A stretch of DNA of 64,000 bases from Candidatus Dormiibacterota bacterium (GCA_035552595.1 DASZKZ010000021.1:17729-81728); one strand, 5' to 3'. Counted from the first letter of the stretch, positions 48,202 to 58,321 are shown. Notes: a model not told the origin generated them from the letters alone. Numbers and translations: made by a program.

Positions 48202-49269
48202 ATGATCGGCGCCATCCGCACCTCCGGGTACGCGGCCACCGACCCGGCCTCGCCGCTCGGGCCATTCCAGTTCGATCGACGCGAGCCCCGGCCTCACGAC
48301 GTGCTCATCGACATCCTCTACTGCGGCGTCTGCCACAGCGACATCCATCAGGCGCGCGACGAGTGGGGCGGGTCGAGCTATCCCATGGTCCCCGGCCACG
48401 AGATCGTCGGCACCGTGGCGCGAACCGGCGGGGAGGTGCGCAGGTGGAAGCCCGGCGACACCGTCGGGGTCGGGGTCTTCGTCGATTCGTGCCGCGAGTG
48501 CGAAGCCTGCCGCGCCGGTGAGGAGCAGTACTGCGAGCGCGGCATGACGCCCACATACAACGGCTACGAACGCGACGGCAGCGCACCAACCTACGGCGGC
48601 TACTCAGAGCGCATCGTCGTCGACGAGAACTACGTGCTCCGGGTCCCGCAGGGGATGGCGCTCGACGGCACCGCGCCGCTGCTGTGCGCGGGCATCACCA
48701 CCTACTCTCCGATCCGTCACTTCGGTGTCCAGGGCGGGGAGAGGGCGGCGGTCGTCGGACTGGGCGGCCTCGGCCACATGGCCGTGAAATTCCTCAAGGC
48801 CCTGGGTGCGCAGGTCACCGTGCTCAGCCACTCGGCGGGCAAGCAGGGCGACGCGGCTCGTCTCGGAGCCGATGATTTCGTGGTCACCGCCACCCCGGAC
48901 GCCTTCACCTCCAACGCGCGGCGCTTCGACTTCATCCTCGACACGGTGTCGGCCGCTCACGATTACAACGACTATCTCAAGCTGCTCCGTCGCGATGGCA
49001 CCATGGTGCTGGTGGGGCTGCCCGATCCCTCCCCGCTGGATGCCGGCTCACTCGCCGGCGCCCGGCGGCGCCTGGCCGGGTCCAACGTCGGCGGCATCCG
49101 CGAGACGCAGGAGATGCTCGACTTCTGCGCCACCCACGGGATCACGGCCGACGTCGAGATGATCCCCATGGAGCAGGTCAACGAGGCATTCGAGCGGACG
49201 CTGCGCAGCGATGTCCGCTACCGCTTTGTCATCGACATCGCCTCGTGGCGAGCCAAGGGCGCTCAGTAG
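48202..49269 (+). CDS. NAD(P)-dependent zinc alcohol dehydrogenase (cinnamyl-ADH/YahK-like)
   Basis: CGVCHSDIH, GHEIVGTV, CRECEACRAGEEQYC, GLGGLGH. Confidence 0.85.
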   Translation: MIGAIRTSGYAATDPASPLGPFQFDRREPRPHDVLIDILYCGVCHSDIHQARDEWGGSSYPMVPGHEIVGTVARTGGEVRRWKPGDTVGVGVFVDSCRECEACRAGEEQYCERGMTPTYNGYERDGSAPTYGGYSERIVVDENYVLRVPQGMALDGTAPLLCAGITTYSPIRHFGVQGGERAAVVGLGGLGHMAVKFLKALGAQVTVLSHSAGKQGDAARLGADDFVVTATPDAFTSNARRFDFILDTVSAAHDYNDYLKLLRRDGTMVLVGLPDPSPLDAGSLAGARRRLAGSNVGGIRETQEMLDFCATHGITADVEMIPMEQVNEAFERTLRSDVRYRFVIDIASWRAKGAQ

Positions 49270-49287
49270 TCGTCGAGGATCCGGTCC

Positions 49288-49806
49288 TCACCACCCCACC
49301 GCGCCGTCGACAAGCTCGCGGATGAGGTCGGCGTGGCCGTTGTGGCGGGCGTACTCCTCGATCATGTGGGTGTAGATCCAGCGCAGCGAGCACGGCTGCC
49401 CACGACGAAGTCCGGTGTCGTCGAGGTCGTGGGCCGCGGCGGCCATCCTGCTCGCCGCGCACTCCGCCTGCCATGCCGCCAGGTCGGCAGTCCAGTCGGC
49501 ACCGTCCAGGGGCACCATCTCGCTGTCGTCGACGGCGGGGTCGTACCAGATCGGGGGCGCCTCCGACTCCCTGAGCAGCACGCGACGGAACCAGTTGCGC
49601 TCGACCTCGCCCATGTGCCGGATGAGGCCGTGCAGCGACAGCTTCGAGGACGGGACAGGCCTGGTCTTCCGCCCCTGGTCATCGAGGCCTTCGCACTTGA
49701 GCAGCAGGGTGACGCGGTGAAATTCGAGCCAGCCTTCGAGCATGGCCCGCTCCGGGAGAATGAACGGTGGCTCGACCCGACGCGGATCAGACAGGTCTTG
49801 CACCAC
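49288..49806 (-). CDS. DinB/DUF664-like protein (start uncertain)
   Basis: Distal part of track ORF 49288..50028(-). LEGWLEFHRVTLLLKCEGL and IYTHMIEEYARHNGHADLIRE are typical of the DinB-like four-helix-bundle family. Start set at an in-frame GTG so that it does not abut the smpB ATG. Confidence 0.6.
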   Translation of the reverse strand: MVQDLSDPRRVEPPFILPERAMLEGWLEFHRVTLLLKCEGLDDQGRKTRPVPSSKLSLHGLIRHMGEVERNWFRRVLLRESEAPPIWYDPAVDDSEMVPLDGADWTADLAAWQAECAASRMAAAAHDLDDTGLRRGQPCSLRWIYTHMIEEYARHNGHADLIRELVDGAVGW

Positions 49807-49873
49807 GTGCTCGGCCCTCCGAGATGCCCATGACAAGGACGAAGGGGCAGGGTACTGCTGTACATAGCACCTC

Positions 49874-50362
49874 ATGGCCACGACCACCAAGCCCAGGACC
49901 AGGGCAACCGACCCCACGCTGGCGCGCAATCGCCAGGCCTCGCACGAGTACTCCATCCTGGAGACCTTCGAGGCGGGGATCGAGCTCGCCGGCACGGAGG
50001 TGAAGGCACTGCGCGACGGCCGCACCAACCTGCGCGAGGGCTACGTTCGAGTCGAGAACGGCGAGGCCTGGCTGCTCGGCGTCAACATCGCCGAGTACAC
50101 CCAGGGACACCGCCGCAACCACGAGCCGCAGCGCCGCCGCCGCCTGCTCCTCCACAAGCGCGAGATCGAGTATCTCGGCACCAAGGCCGCCCAGCAGGGC
50201 CTCACCCTGATCCCCTTGCGGATCTACCTCAAGGGCAACCGCATCAAGCTCGAGTTCGCGCTGGGCCGGGGCAAGAAGCTGTGGGACAAGCGCCAGGCCA
50301 TCGCCGAGCGCGACGCCCGCCGCGACGCCGAGCGCATCACGGCACGGGCGCAGCGACTCTGA
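49874..50362 (+). CDS. smpB: SsrA-binding protein
   Basis: NRQASHEYSILETFEAGIELAGTEVKALR, LLLHKREI, KKLWDKR. Confidence 0.9.
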   Translation: MATTTKPRTRATDPTLARNRQASHEYSILETFEAGIELAGTEVKALRDGRTNLREGYVRVENGEAWLLGVNIAEYTQGHRRNHEPQRRRRLLLHKREIEYLGTKAAQQGLTLIPLRIYLKGNRIKLEFALGRGKKLWDKRQAIAERDARRDAERITARAQRL

Positions 50363-51656
50363 CGGGCGCGCGCCCCACCAGGACAGGACGATCACGGAGC
50401 GCGCGGACCAGGCTGACGAGGAGGCCGGTCGCCAGCACCGCGGGGAGCGAGCAGGCCTGGAGGAAGACCCACCAGAGCGGGCTGCCGGAGATGGCACCGA
50501 CCCCCTGGACGCTCAGAGCGGCGATGGCCGCGCCGCCCACCACCCCGACGCCGATGAGAGAGCCGGCGCTCCACCCCGCCAGGCCGCGACCCAGACGTCC
50601 GCGTTCGTGGGCCAGCCCCGCCGCGGCCGCGATGGCGATGAGCAGGTGGACGTACACCGGGTACCAGGCGATGGCTCCGATGAGCAGCATGGCCACCACC
50701 CCGCAGGCGAATTCCGCGCCCCGCTCCGCCCGGGTGCGTGGGCGGCGGCTCACCGCGAGCAGCAGCAATCCCACGGTGGCCAGTGAGAGCACGGTGGCCA
50801 GGGCGTGCAGCACCGCGGACGGGCTGTCCACGGTCAGGACCGAGTGTCCCCCGAGCCGGTTGATCACGCCGTTCCAGGTCTGGTTGTAGATCCAGCCGTT
50901 GTCGCGGTTGAGCACCGGGATCACCGAGGTCAGGTACTGGCGGGTCACCGGCCAGCCCAGCGCCCCCACCCCGACCGCCACGGTGCCCGCGCCGGCGACC
51001 ACGCCGGCCAGGGCCGCGCGCCACCAGCCCCGGCGGATCAGCACCAGGAGCAGGACCACCGGGGCGAGCTTGATGCCCGCGGCCACGCCGAGGATGATCC
51101 CGCAGCGGGTGCGGTGGCCGGAGAGGTAGTCGGACAGCGCCATCGCCAGCAGCAGGAAGATGACGGTGTTCATCTGTCCGTGCCAGAGGTTGTAGGTCGC
51201 CGGAGGAAACGTGAGCGCCACCAGGACGCCGGTGCGCGCGCGTGGCCAGGTCGCGGGGAGCAGCGTCCGGGCCGTGATCACGACACCGCCGACCAGGGCA
51301 CCGAGCGAGATCCACAACCAGGTCAGCTCCTGCCAGCGTGTGGAGAGCACGGCCAGGGGGCGGAGGATCACGGCGGCGAACGGCGGGTAGTCGAAGCCCG
51401 ACATCACGATGGTGGTGCCGTTGAAGAATGCGTACGGGGAGGTTCCGGCGGCGACGGCGTGAGCGGCCTGTGCGTACACTGAGAAGTCCTCGAACGGGCC
51501 GCTGAACGAGCCCATGAGCGGCGCCACCACGAAGCCGGCCAGGGCCCCGATGAGGGCGGCGACGGTGCCCGCGGTGAGCAGCACGTTCAGCATCGACTGC
51601 CGCTCGCGGGTGGAACCGTCTCGCGGTGCCAGCCACCGCCGGGTCATGACCGACAC
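50337..51656 (-). CDS. polytopic membrane glycosyltransferase, GT87/DUF2029-like
   Basis: More than 10 hydrophobic helices. The N-terminal loop FEDFSVYAQAAHAV...GFDYPPFAAV and GIKLAPVVLLLVL resemble polyprenol-phosphate-sugar-dependent GT87 enzymes. Family call is from memory. Confidence 0.6.
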   Translation of the reverse strand: MSVMTRRWLAPRDGSTRERQSMLNVLLTAGTVAALIGALAGFVVAPLMGSFSGPFEDFSVYAQAAHAVAAGTSPYAFFNGTTIVMSGFDYPPFAAVILRPLAVLSTRWQELTWLWISLGALVGGVVITARTLLPATWPRARTGVLVALTFPPATYNLWHGQMNTVIFLLLAMALSDYLSGHRTRCGIILGVAAGIKLAPVVLLLVLIRRGWWRAALAGVVAGAGTVAVGVGALGWPVTRQYLTSVIPVLNRDNGWIYNQTWNGVINRLGGHSVLTVDSPSAVLHALATVLSLATVGLLLLAVSRRPRTRAERGAEFACGVVAMLLIGAIAWYPVYVHLLIAIAAAAGLAHERGRLGRGLAGWSAGSLIGVGVVGGAAIAALSVQGVGAISGSPLWWVFLQACSLPAVLATGLLVSLVRALRDRPVLVGRAPVRVAAPVP

Positions 51657-51770
51657 GCCCGTCAGTTTCGGCTCTCGAGCACCACACGGCGGCCGCTGTG
51701 CGTGACCGTTACCCAGGTGCGACGTGTCCGCCGGCGCGCCTGGAGCCCTGTGCCCCCGGCGGCGAGGGCC

Positions 51771-53027
51771 TCAGGAGGCGGCGCGCCTGCTGCTCTCGAT
51801 CGGTTCCGCGACGACGTCCGGTGTGCCCCCTCCACAGTCGTGCGCCGCGATCACCGGCCGGTTGGCGCGGGTGTCCGGCACGGCCTCCGCGGCGAGGGCG
51901 TCGATGGCGCTGCGCAGCTCACGCATCCCCGTGCCTTTGGCCGCGGAGATCTGGATGGGGGCGATGCCGGCGATGGCGCCGAGCCGCTGCGCCATCTCGG
52001 CCGCCTCGGCGGGGCTGAGGCGGTCGACCTTGTTGACCGCGAGCACCGCCGCCTGCTCGCACCCCATCTCATCCAGGGTGGCCAGCACCGTCTCCAGCTG
52101 CGCCTCGGCGTCGGGATGCGAGGCGTCGACCACGATGGTCAGCAGGTGCGCCTCGCGAACCTCCTCGAGGGTGGCGGCGAAGGCCTCGACCAGCTCGTGG
52201 GGCAGTGACTGGATGAAGCCGACGGTGTCGGTGACGATGATGCGTCGTCCGCTGGCCAGACCGAGCAGTCGCGAGGTGGGATCGAGTGTGGCGAAGAGCA
52301 GGTTGTCGGCGAGGACGGTGGAGTTGGTGAGACGGTTGAGCAGGGTCGACTTGCCCGCGTTGGTGTAGCCCACCACCGCGCACGAGGCCAGCGGAACCGC
52401 CGACCGTGCCGTCCGCCGGGTGGTGCGCTGGCGCTCGATCTCCTTGAGCCGCTGGCGCAATCTCCGCAGCTTCTGGTTGATGAGGCGGCGGTCGACCTCG
52501 ATCTGCTTCTCACCCATGCCGCCACGCATGCCACCGGTGCCGACCCGTCCGCGCTGTCGCTCCAGGTGGGCCCAACCCCCCGCCAGCCGGGGCAGCTGGT
52601 GCTCCAGCTGGGCCATCTCCACCTGCACACGACCCTCGGCGGTGCGGGCGCGCCGGGCGAAGATCGAGAGGATCACCTCGGTGCGATCGAGCACCGGCAC
52701 CCCCCAGCTCTCCTCGAGGTTGTGCTGCTGGCGGGGTGACAGCTGATCGTTGATGAGCGCGGCGGGGCTGCCGAGCTCCTCGATGCGGGCCCCCAGCGCG
52801 TCGACCGTCCCGGAGCCGAAGAAGGTCCCCGGATGGATGTCGCGGAGGGGAACCGCCGCGCGCTCGACCACCTGGGTTCCCAGGGTGCGAGCCAGCTCCT
52901 CGAGCTCGTCGAGCTCGAGCTCGGTCTGCTCGCGCCGGCCACGGCCGCGGAAGGCCCCCGCCAGGAGAACCTTGTCGAGCGTCGCCGCCACCTCGGGATG
53001 CGCGCCGGTGCGTGTCTGCCGTGCCAT
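51771..53027 (-). CDS. hflX: GTPase HflX
   Basis: VVGYTNAGKSTLLNRLT (G1), DTVGFI (G3), NKVD (G4), and an N-terminal HflX domain. Confidence 0.9.
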   Translation of the reverse strand: MARQTRTGAHPEVAATLDKVLLAGAFRGRGRREQTELELDELEELARTLGTQVVERAAVPLRDIHPGTFFGSGTVDALGARIEELGSPAALINDQLSPRQQHNLEESWGVPVLDRTEVILSIFARRARTAEGRVQVEMAQLEHQLPRLAGGWAHLERQRGRVGTGGMRGGMGEKQIEVDRRLINQKLRRLRQRLKEIERQRTTRRTARSAVPLASCAVVGYTNAGKSTLLNRLTNSTVLADNLLFATLDPTSRLLGLASGRRIIVTDTVGFIQSLPHELVEAFAATLEEVREAHLLTIVVDASHPDAEAQLETVLATLDEMGCEQAAVLAVNKVDRLSPAEAAEMAQRLGAIAGIAPIQISAAKGTGMRELRSAIDALAAEAVPDTRANRPVIAAHDCGGGTPDVVAEPIESSRRAAS

Positions 53028-53120
53028 GTACGCTCTAGCCTATTGCATTGCCGCGACAGCGGTTTCATCCACGCCGTGCGACGCGCCACGAGGGCTCGCC
53101 CGGCGCCGGAGCGCTGTGCG

Positions 53121-53801
53121 ATGCTGCCGCCGATGCCCGCCAGGTCCGCAGCCCCGCGATCCGTCCGCGTCTGCGTCGAGGCGACCGCCAAGCGCGCCTT
53201 CGCCAGCGCCCTGGACTGGCCGGGATGGTGCCGGTCCGGCAAGGACGAGCACGCCGCCGTCGACGCGATGCTCGACCACATGGAGCGGTACCGGGTGGTG
53301 GCGCGCGCCGCCGCGGTGCCGTTCGCGGCGGGCGAGCTCAGCGTGGTCGAGCGCCTCCCCGGGTCCGCCACCACCGACTTCGGCGCGCCGGGGACGGCGG
53401 CCGCGGCCGAGAGCGAGCCCTTGACCGGGGCAGAGGCCCGGCGCCTCATCTCCCTTGTCGCCGCCGCCTGGACGGTGTTCGACGATGTCGTCGCCGCCAC
53501 CCCGGCCTCGCTGCGCAAGGGCCCTCGGGGCGGCGGCCGCGACCGCGATGCCATGGCGGAGCACGTCCTCGCCGCGGAGCACGCCTACGCCCGCAAGCTC
53601 GGGGTGCGCCTGAAGCAGCCCCGGCTCGGGGACGCCGGCGGGACCATGGCGGCGCGCGAGGCCATCCTCGAGGCGCTGCGCAGCGGGCGGTCCGGCGAGG
53701 CGCTCGTCGATCGCGGCTGGCTGCCCCGCTACGCGGCGCGGCGAATCGCCTGGCACGTCCTCGACCACGCCTGGGAGATGGAGGATCGCAGCGACCGCTG
53801 A
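53121..53801 (+). CDS. hypothetical protein (possible DinB-like C-terminal helical bundle)
   Basis: Distal part of track ORF 52833..53801, which would otherwise overlap hflX, with ATG at 53121. No confident motif. The C-terminal AEHVLAAEHAY...IAWHVLDHAWEMEDR is His-rich. Confidence 0.45.
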   Translation: MLPPMPARSAAPRSVRVCVEATAKRAFASALDWPGWCRSGKDEHAAVDAMLDHMERYRVVARAAAVPFAAGELSVVERLPGSATTDFGAPGTAAAAESEPLTGAEARRLISLVAAAWTVFDDVVAATPASLRKGPRGGGRDRDAMAEHVLAAEHAYARKLGVRLKQPRLGDAGGTMAAREAILEALRSGRSGEALVDRGWLPRYAARRIAWHVLDHAWEMEDRSDR

Positions 53802-53904
53802 GTCAGCGGCGGGGGCGCGTGCTCCGTCTCACCGGGCTGCGCCTGGCACAACCGCCGAGCATGAGGCTCCCTCGCGGCCGCCACGCCCGCCTAGGATGCC
53901 CCCC

Positions 53905-54897
53905 ATGCGTGTGCTGGTGCTGGGCGGAACGCGCTTCATCGGACGGGCCATCGTCGAGGACCTCGTCTCCGCTGGCCACGATGTCACCGTGGTTCACCGC
54001 GGTGAGCACGAGGCTGACGGCCTGCCCCGGGTGGCTCACATCCACCTGCCCCGGGAGCGCTGGGCGGGGCAGGCCGCGCGGTTCGCGGCCACCGCCCCGG
54101 ACGCGGTGGTGGATTGCCTGGCACTGTCACGCGACGACGCTCGCGGCGCTCTCGCTGCGCTCCCAGGCACGGTCCACACCGTGGTGCTCTCGAGCCAGGA
54201 TGTCTACCGCGCGTTCGCGTCGCTGAACGCGGCGCGCGACACGGATGCCGTCCCCATCGACGAGACGTCGGCGCTGAGCGAGGATCGATACCCGCATCGC
54301 GGACACGGAGACGAGCACGAGCACTACTCGAAACAGGACGTCGAGGAGGAGTATCTGAGCCGGGGCGCCGTGGCCCTGCGCCTGCCCGCGACGTACGGCG
54401 AGCACGACGTCCAGCGGCGCGAGGAGTTCATCCTGCGCCGGGTGCGGGCGCGCCGCCGTCAGATTCCCATCGGAGCCGGTGGCTTCCTCTGGACGAGGGG
54501 CTGGGTGCGTGACATCGCTCGCGGGGTCCGCCTCGCCGCCGAGCACAGCGAGGTTGGTGGCGTGGCCATCAACCTCGGCGAGGAGCGCACCTCCACGATC
54601 CGGCTGTGGGCCATGTGCATCCTCGAGGCGGCGCAATCCGACGCCGAGCTGATCGAGGTGGCCGACGATGTGCTGCCGGCGGACATGGCGCTGAGCGCGG
54701 CACGGCTCACCCAGCATGTGCTGGTCTCGACAGCCCGGGCGCGTGCCCTGCTCGGCTACACCGACAGCGACGCCATGACCGCCCTCCGTTCCTCCGTGGG
54801 CTGGCACCTCCGCCACCCACCGGATGACGCGGACGCGGACTTCGCCCTCGATGACGCGGCGCTGGCGCACCCCTGCCCGCCGCGCCAGCCGGGCTGA
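53905..54897 (+). CDS. NAD-dependent epimerase/dehydratase-family (SDR) protein
   Basis: MRVLVLGGTRFIGRAIVEDL Rossmann N-terminus. The track ORF begins 9 nt earlier. Confidence 0.75.
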   Translation: MRVLVLGGTRFIGRAIVEDLVSAGHDVTVVHRGEHEADGLPRVAHIHLPRERWAGQAARFAATAPDAVVDCLALSRDDARGALAALPGTVHTVVLSSQDVYRAFASLNAARDTDAVPIDETSALSEDRYPHRGHGDEHEHYSKQDVEEEYLSRGAVALRLPATYGEHDVQRREEFILRRVRARRRQIPIGAGGFLWTRGWVRDIARGVRLAAEHSEVGGVAINLGEERTSTIRLWAMCILEAAQSDAELIEVADDVLPADMALSAARLTQHVLVSTARARALLGYTDSDAMTALRSSVGWHLRHPPDDADADFALDDAALAHPCPPRQPG

Positions 54898-54968
54898 CAG
54901 TCCTCCCGCGGTGGGGGCCGCTCGCCGCGGCACTTGGCGTACGCTCGGGTGATTCAAGGAGGACGGCA

Positions 54969-55448
54969 GTGACCCTACTCAACGTCGGCGACGAGGCACC
55001 CGACATCACCGCGCGGCGGCGCGACGGAAGCTCGCTGCAGCTGTCAGATCTGCGCGGCCGCCACGTGCTCGTGTACTTCTACCCCAAGGACGACACCCCG
55101 GGTTGCACCGCGGAAGCCTGCGCGCTCAACGACAGCCTGTCGGCTCTGACCGAGAGCGGCGCCGACGTCATCGGGGTCAGCACGGACAGCTGGGAGTCCC
55201 ATCAGCGCTTCGCCGAGAAGTACGGATTGGAGTTCGCGCTCGCGTCCGACGCCGACCATGCCATCCGCAAGGCATACGGTGTCGGCAAGATGATGGGAGT
55301 GCTCCCGGTCACGCAGCGCGTCTCCTTCCTGGTCGGGCCCGACGGGCGCATCGCCCACGTGTGGCCCGAGGTCAACCCGGGCAAGCACGCCGCCGAGGTG
55401 CTCGAGGAGGTGCGACGCCGCACCGCCCCCGCAGCGCCGGCGAGCTAG
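54969..55448 (+). CDS. bcp: thioredoxin-dependent peroxiredoxin Bcp
   Basis: GTG start with AAGGAGG 6 nt upstream. YFYPKDDTPGCTAEA. Confidence 0.9.
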   Translation: MTLLNVGDEAPDITARRRDGSSLQLSDLRGRHVLVYFYPKDDTPGCTAEACALNDSLSALTESGADVIGVSTDSWESHQRFAEKYGLEFALASDADHAIRKAYGVGKMMGVLPVTQRVSFLVGPDGRIAHVWPEVNPGKHAAEVLEEVRRRTAPAAPAS

Positions 55449-56395
55449 GAGCCCGGCACCAGGGCGATTCGCTCCTCGTCGGCGACATCGACGCACTCCG
55501 GTCCGGGCAGCTCGACCGGGGATCCGCGACGATGCCGGACAGCGTCAGCGGCGAGGATGAGCAGGGCCGCCCACACCAGCGCGAAGCCACCGAGACGAGC
55601 CGGTGGCAGCGGTTCGTGGCGCACCAGCACCCCGATGGCGAACTGCATGAGCGGCGCCAGGTACTGGAGCAGCCCCAGTGTCGAGAGCGGCAGACGCCTG
55701 GCCGCCCCCGCGAAGAAGAGCAGCGGGATGGCCGTGACCGGGCCCGAGGCGGCGAGCAGGAGCAGGTGGCCGGGGTTGGCCGCCGGTCCGACCCAGGTAG
55801 CGCTGCCCAGCAGCGCCAGCACGGCGAGCGCCCCCACCGCGGGTACCACCGTCGCGGCGGCCTCGATGAGCAGCCCCTCCGGCGCGCTGGCGCGGATCCG
55901 CTTCTTGATGAACCCGTAGGCCGCGAAGCTGCAGGCCAGGAAGAGTGCCAGCCAGGGAGGATGCCCGTAGTCGACGCTGAGCACGGCCACGGCCACCACC
56001 CCGAGCCCGACCGCCGCCCACTGAATCCGGCGAAGGCGCTCCCGCAGGAGCACAACGCCCAGCGCGATGGTGAGCAGAGGGTTGATGAAGTACCCGAGGC
56101 TGGTCTCGACGACGTGCTGGTTGTTGACCCCCCAGATGTACGCGCCCCAGTTGACCGCGATCACCACGCCGGCGACGCAGAGGCGGATCAGCGCGCCCCG
56201 GTCGAGGCGGCGCAGATCGCTGAGCTGGCGACGGACGGCCAGCAGGGCGGCGACCACGAGGAGGCTGAAGAGGATGCGGCAGGCCAGGATCTCCAGGGGG
56301 CTGGCGGGCTCGAGCAGGGGCCAGTAGAGGGGGAGCAGGCCCCAGATCCCGTAGGCGAGCACGCCGTACGTCAGCCCGCGCATCGCCCCTGTCAC
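55445..56395 (-). CDS. rarD: EamA/DMT-family transporter RarD
   Basis: GVLAYGIWGLLPLYWPLL N-terminus, 10 TM. GTG start with GGGAGGA upstream, 53 nt downstream of lysZ. Confidence 0.75.
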   Translation of the reverse strand: MTGAMRGLTYGVLAYGIWGLLPLYWPLLEPASPLEILACRILFSLLVVAALLAVRRQLSDLRRLDRGALIRLCVAGVVIAVNWGAYIWGVNNQHVVETSLGYFINPLLTIALGVVLLRERLRRIQWAAVGLGVVAVAVLSVDYGHPPWLALFLACSFAAYGFIKKRIRASAPEGLLIEAAATVVPAVGALAVLALLGSATWVGPAANPGHLLLLAASGPVTAIPLLFFAGAARRLPLSTLGLLQYLAPLMQFAIGVLVRHEPLPPARLGGFALVWAALLILAADAVRHRRGSPVELPGPECVDVADEERIALVPGS

Positions 56396-56447
56396 GCCTG
56401 GTCCTCCCTGATCAGCCCGGCGACCATGGTATGAGCGGAGGGGGCGG

Positions 56448-57278
56448 TCACCGCACCGCGATCGGGGCGTCCGTCGTGAACCAGCTGCCGCCGCCGGCGA
56501 GCGCCGACTCCAGAGGCCGGTGAGGCCGCCCGTCGCACAGTCCCACCGCCGCCACGCCTCCGCGGAGGGCGCGCTCGACCGCCGTCAGCTTGCTGCGCGC
56601 CCGTCCCCGGGCCGCGCCCGCAAGCCCGGGCAGATCGGCGGCGGCGGCGCGGGCCACAGTGCTCTCGGGCCGGTCGGGGTCGGCGAGGAGGCCGTTGGTG
56701 TCGCTGAAGATCAGCATCCGTTCGGCACCCAGAGCCAGCGCCAGCTCCGCCGCCAGCCGGTCACCGTCGACATTGATGGGAACGCCGTCATCCCCCAGCG
56801 CCGGGGGGCAGATCACCGGGGTGCGACCGCTCTCCAGCAACGCCCGCATCAGGCCGGTGTCGACGTCGGTGACCGTCCCCGCGTGATCGCCGTGCAGCAC
56901 CACGGTGCGCGCTCCCTCGCGCCCCCGGATGTCGGCGCGGCGCCGGCCGCGCACCATCCCGCCGTCCATGGCGGCCAGCCCGACGGCGTTGACGCCACGC
57001 GCCAGCAGAGCCTGCACCAGGCGCTTGTTGACGACCCCGCAGTAGGCCATCAGGAAGTGGTTCATGGCGGCGTCATCGGTGTAGCGGCTGACCGCGCCGG
57101 TGGCCGAGGTGATGAACCGCGGCGGGTGGCCGAGCCGCACCGCCAGATCGTCGAGGACGCGGTGAGCGCCGTGCACCAGCACCACCGGGCGGCGCTGGGC
57201 GGCGATGTCGTCGAGCAGCCGGGAGGGGTCGTCGAGGCTGCCACCGACCTTGATCACCAAGGGTGGGGGCGTGCTCAT
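56448..57278 (-). CDS. lysZ: [LysW]-aminoadipate kinase (acetylglutamate-kinase family)
   Basis: ATG (MSTPPPLVIKVGGS) overlaps the lysY stop (ATGA). Amino-acid-kinase fold, in an operon with lysW/X/Y/K. Confidence 0.8.
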   Translation of the reverse strand: MSTPPPLVIKVGGSLDDPSRLLDDIAAQRRPVVLVHGAHRVLDDLAVRLGHPPRFITSATGAVSRYTDDAAMNHFLMAYCGVVNKRLVQALLARGVNAVGLAAMDGGMVRGRRRADIRGREGARTVVLHGDHAGTVTDVDTGLMRALLESGRTPVICPPALGDDGVPINVDGDRLAAELALALGAERMLIFSDTNGLLADPDRPESTVARAAAADLPGLAGAARGRARSKLTAVERALRGGVAAVGLCDGRPHRPLESALAGGGSWFTTDAPIAVR

Positions 57279-58321
57279 ATCGGGTACAGGCCGGAGAACT
57301 CGAGGCCGGCGCACTCGTCGAAGCCGGAGCGCACGTTGAGCGCGTGGACCGCCTGGCCGGCGGCGCCCTTGCCGAGGTTGTCGATGGCGGCCAGGATCAC
57401 CGCGCGCGGCTGGTGGGGGTCGCGCTCGAAGCCGACGTCACAGAGGTTGGTGCCGGCGAGGATCTTCGGCTCGGGGTGGCGGTGCAGTCCCTGGGCGTCA
57501 TGGATGACGCGAACGAAGGGCTCCGACGCGTAGGCGTCGCGCATGATCGCGCGCAGCGCGCGGTCATCGACATGGCCGCCGGTCAGCGGGACGTGGGCCG
57601 TGACCAGCACGCCGCGCACCGCCTCCACCGCCGTGACCGAGAGGGCGACACGCGACAGGCCCGTCTCCTGGACGACCTCGGCGGTGTGGCGGTGACCGGT
57701 GGGCGCGAAGGAGCGCATGGCTCCGCTGCGAGCCGGGTGATGCGACGACGCGTGCGGTTGCGCGCCCGCTGCGGAGGAGCCGACCTTGGCGTCGACCACG
57801 GTGAGCTGCTCAGCGTCGACCACACCGGCTCGGGCCAGGGGGAGCAGCGCGAGGATGGCGGCGGTGGCCACGCAGCCGCCGATGGCCAGCAGCTGCGCGC
57901 CCATGACGCGCGCCCGGTCGATCTCCGGGAGCGCATACACCGCCGTGCCGAGCAGCTCAGGGCGGGGGTGCTCGTGCCCATACCAGCGCGGGTAGGCAGC
58001 CGCGTCGCGCAGCCGGAAGTCGGCGGAGAGGTCGATGACCAGAGGGGCGCGCTCGCGCAACAGGTCGATCACCTCGGCGGACCCCCCGTGGCGCAGCGCG
58101 CTGATGACCACGTCGGAGCCGGGCAGCTGATCGCGGCTGCTGAAACGCAACGCGGTGCGGCCACGCAGCGTGGGATGGGTGTGTTGCACGTACCGGCCCG
58201 CCAGTCGCTCGCTGGTGGCGGCCACCACCTCGACCAGGGGATGGGCGAGAAGCAGCCGGAGCAGCTCGCCGCCCCCGTAGCCGGCAGCCCCCACCACGGC
58301 GACGCGCAGGCGCCCGCTCAT
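57275..58321 (-). CDS. lysY: [LysW]-aminoadipate 6-phosphate reductase (ArgC family)
   Basis: VAVVGAAGYGGGELLRLL and the active-site Cys context IGGCVATAAIL. Confidence 0.8.
   Translation of the reverse strand: MSGRLRVAVVGAAGYGGGELLRLLLAHPLVEVVAATSERLAGRYVQHTHPTLRGRTALRFSSRDQLPGSDVVISALRHGGSAEVIDLLRERAPLVIDLSADFRLRDAAAYPRWYGHEHPRPELLGTAVYALPEIDRARVMGAQLLAIGGCVATAAILALLPLARAGVVDAEQLTVVDAKVGSSAAGAQPHASSHHPARSGAMRSFAPTGHRHTAEVVQETGLSRVALSVTAVEAVRGVLVTAHVPLTGGHVDDRALRAIMRDAYASEPFVRVIHDAQGLHRHPEPKILAGTNLCDVGFERDPHQPRAVILAAIDNLGKGAAGQAVHALNVRSGFDECAGLEFSGLYPI

Noticed and set aside
49807-50400. tmRNA (ssrA) next to smpB
   Set aside because: Both flanks of smpB are short or occupied by coding sequence (DinB-like gene upstream, GT87-like gene overlapping the 3' end). 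No tRNA-Ala-like acceptor/T-arm or tag-reading-frame signature was seen.
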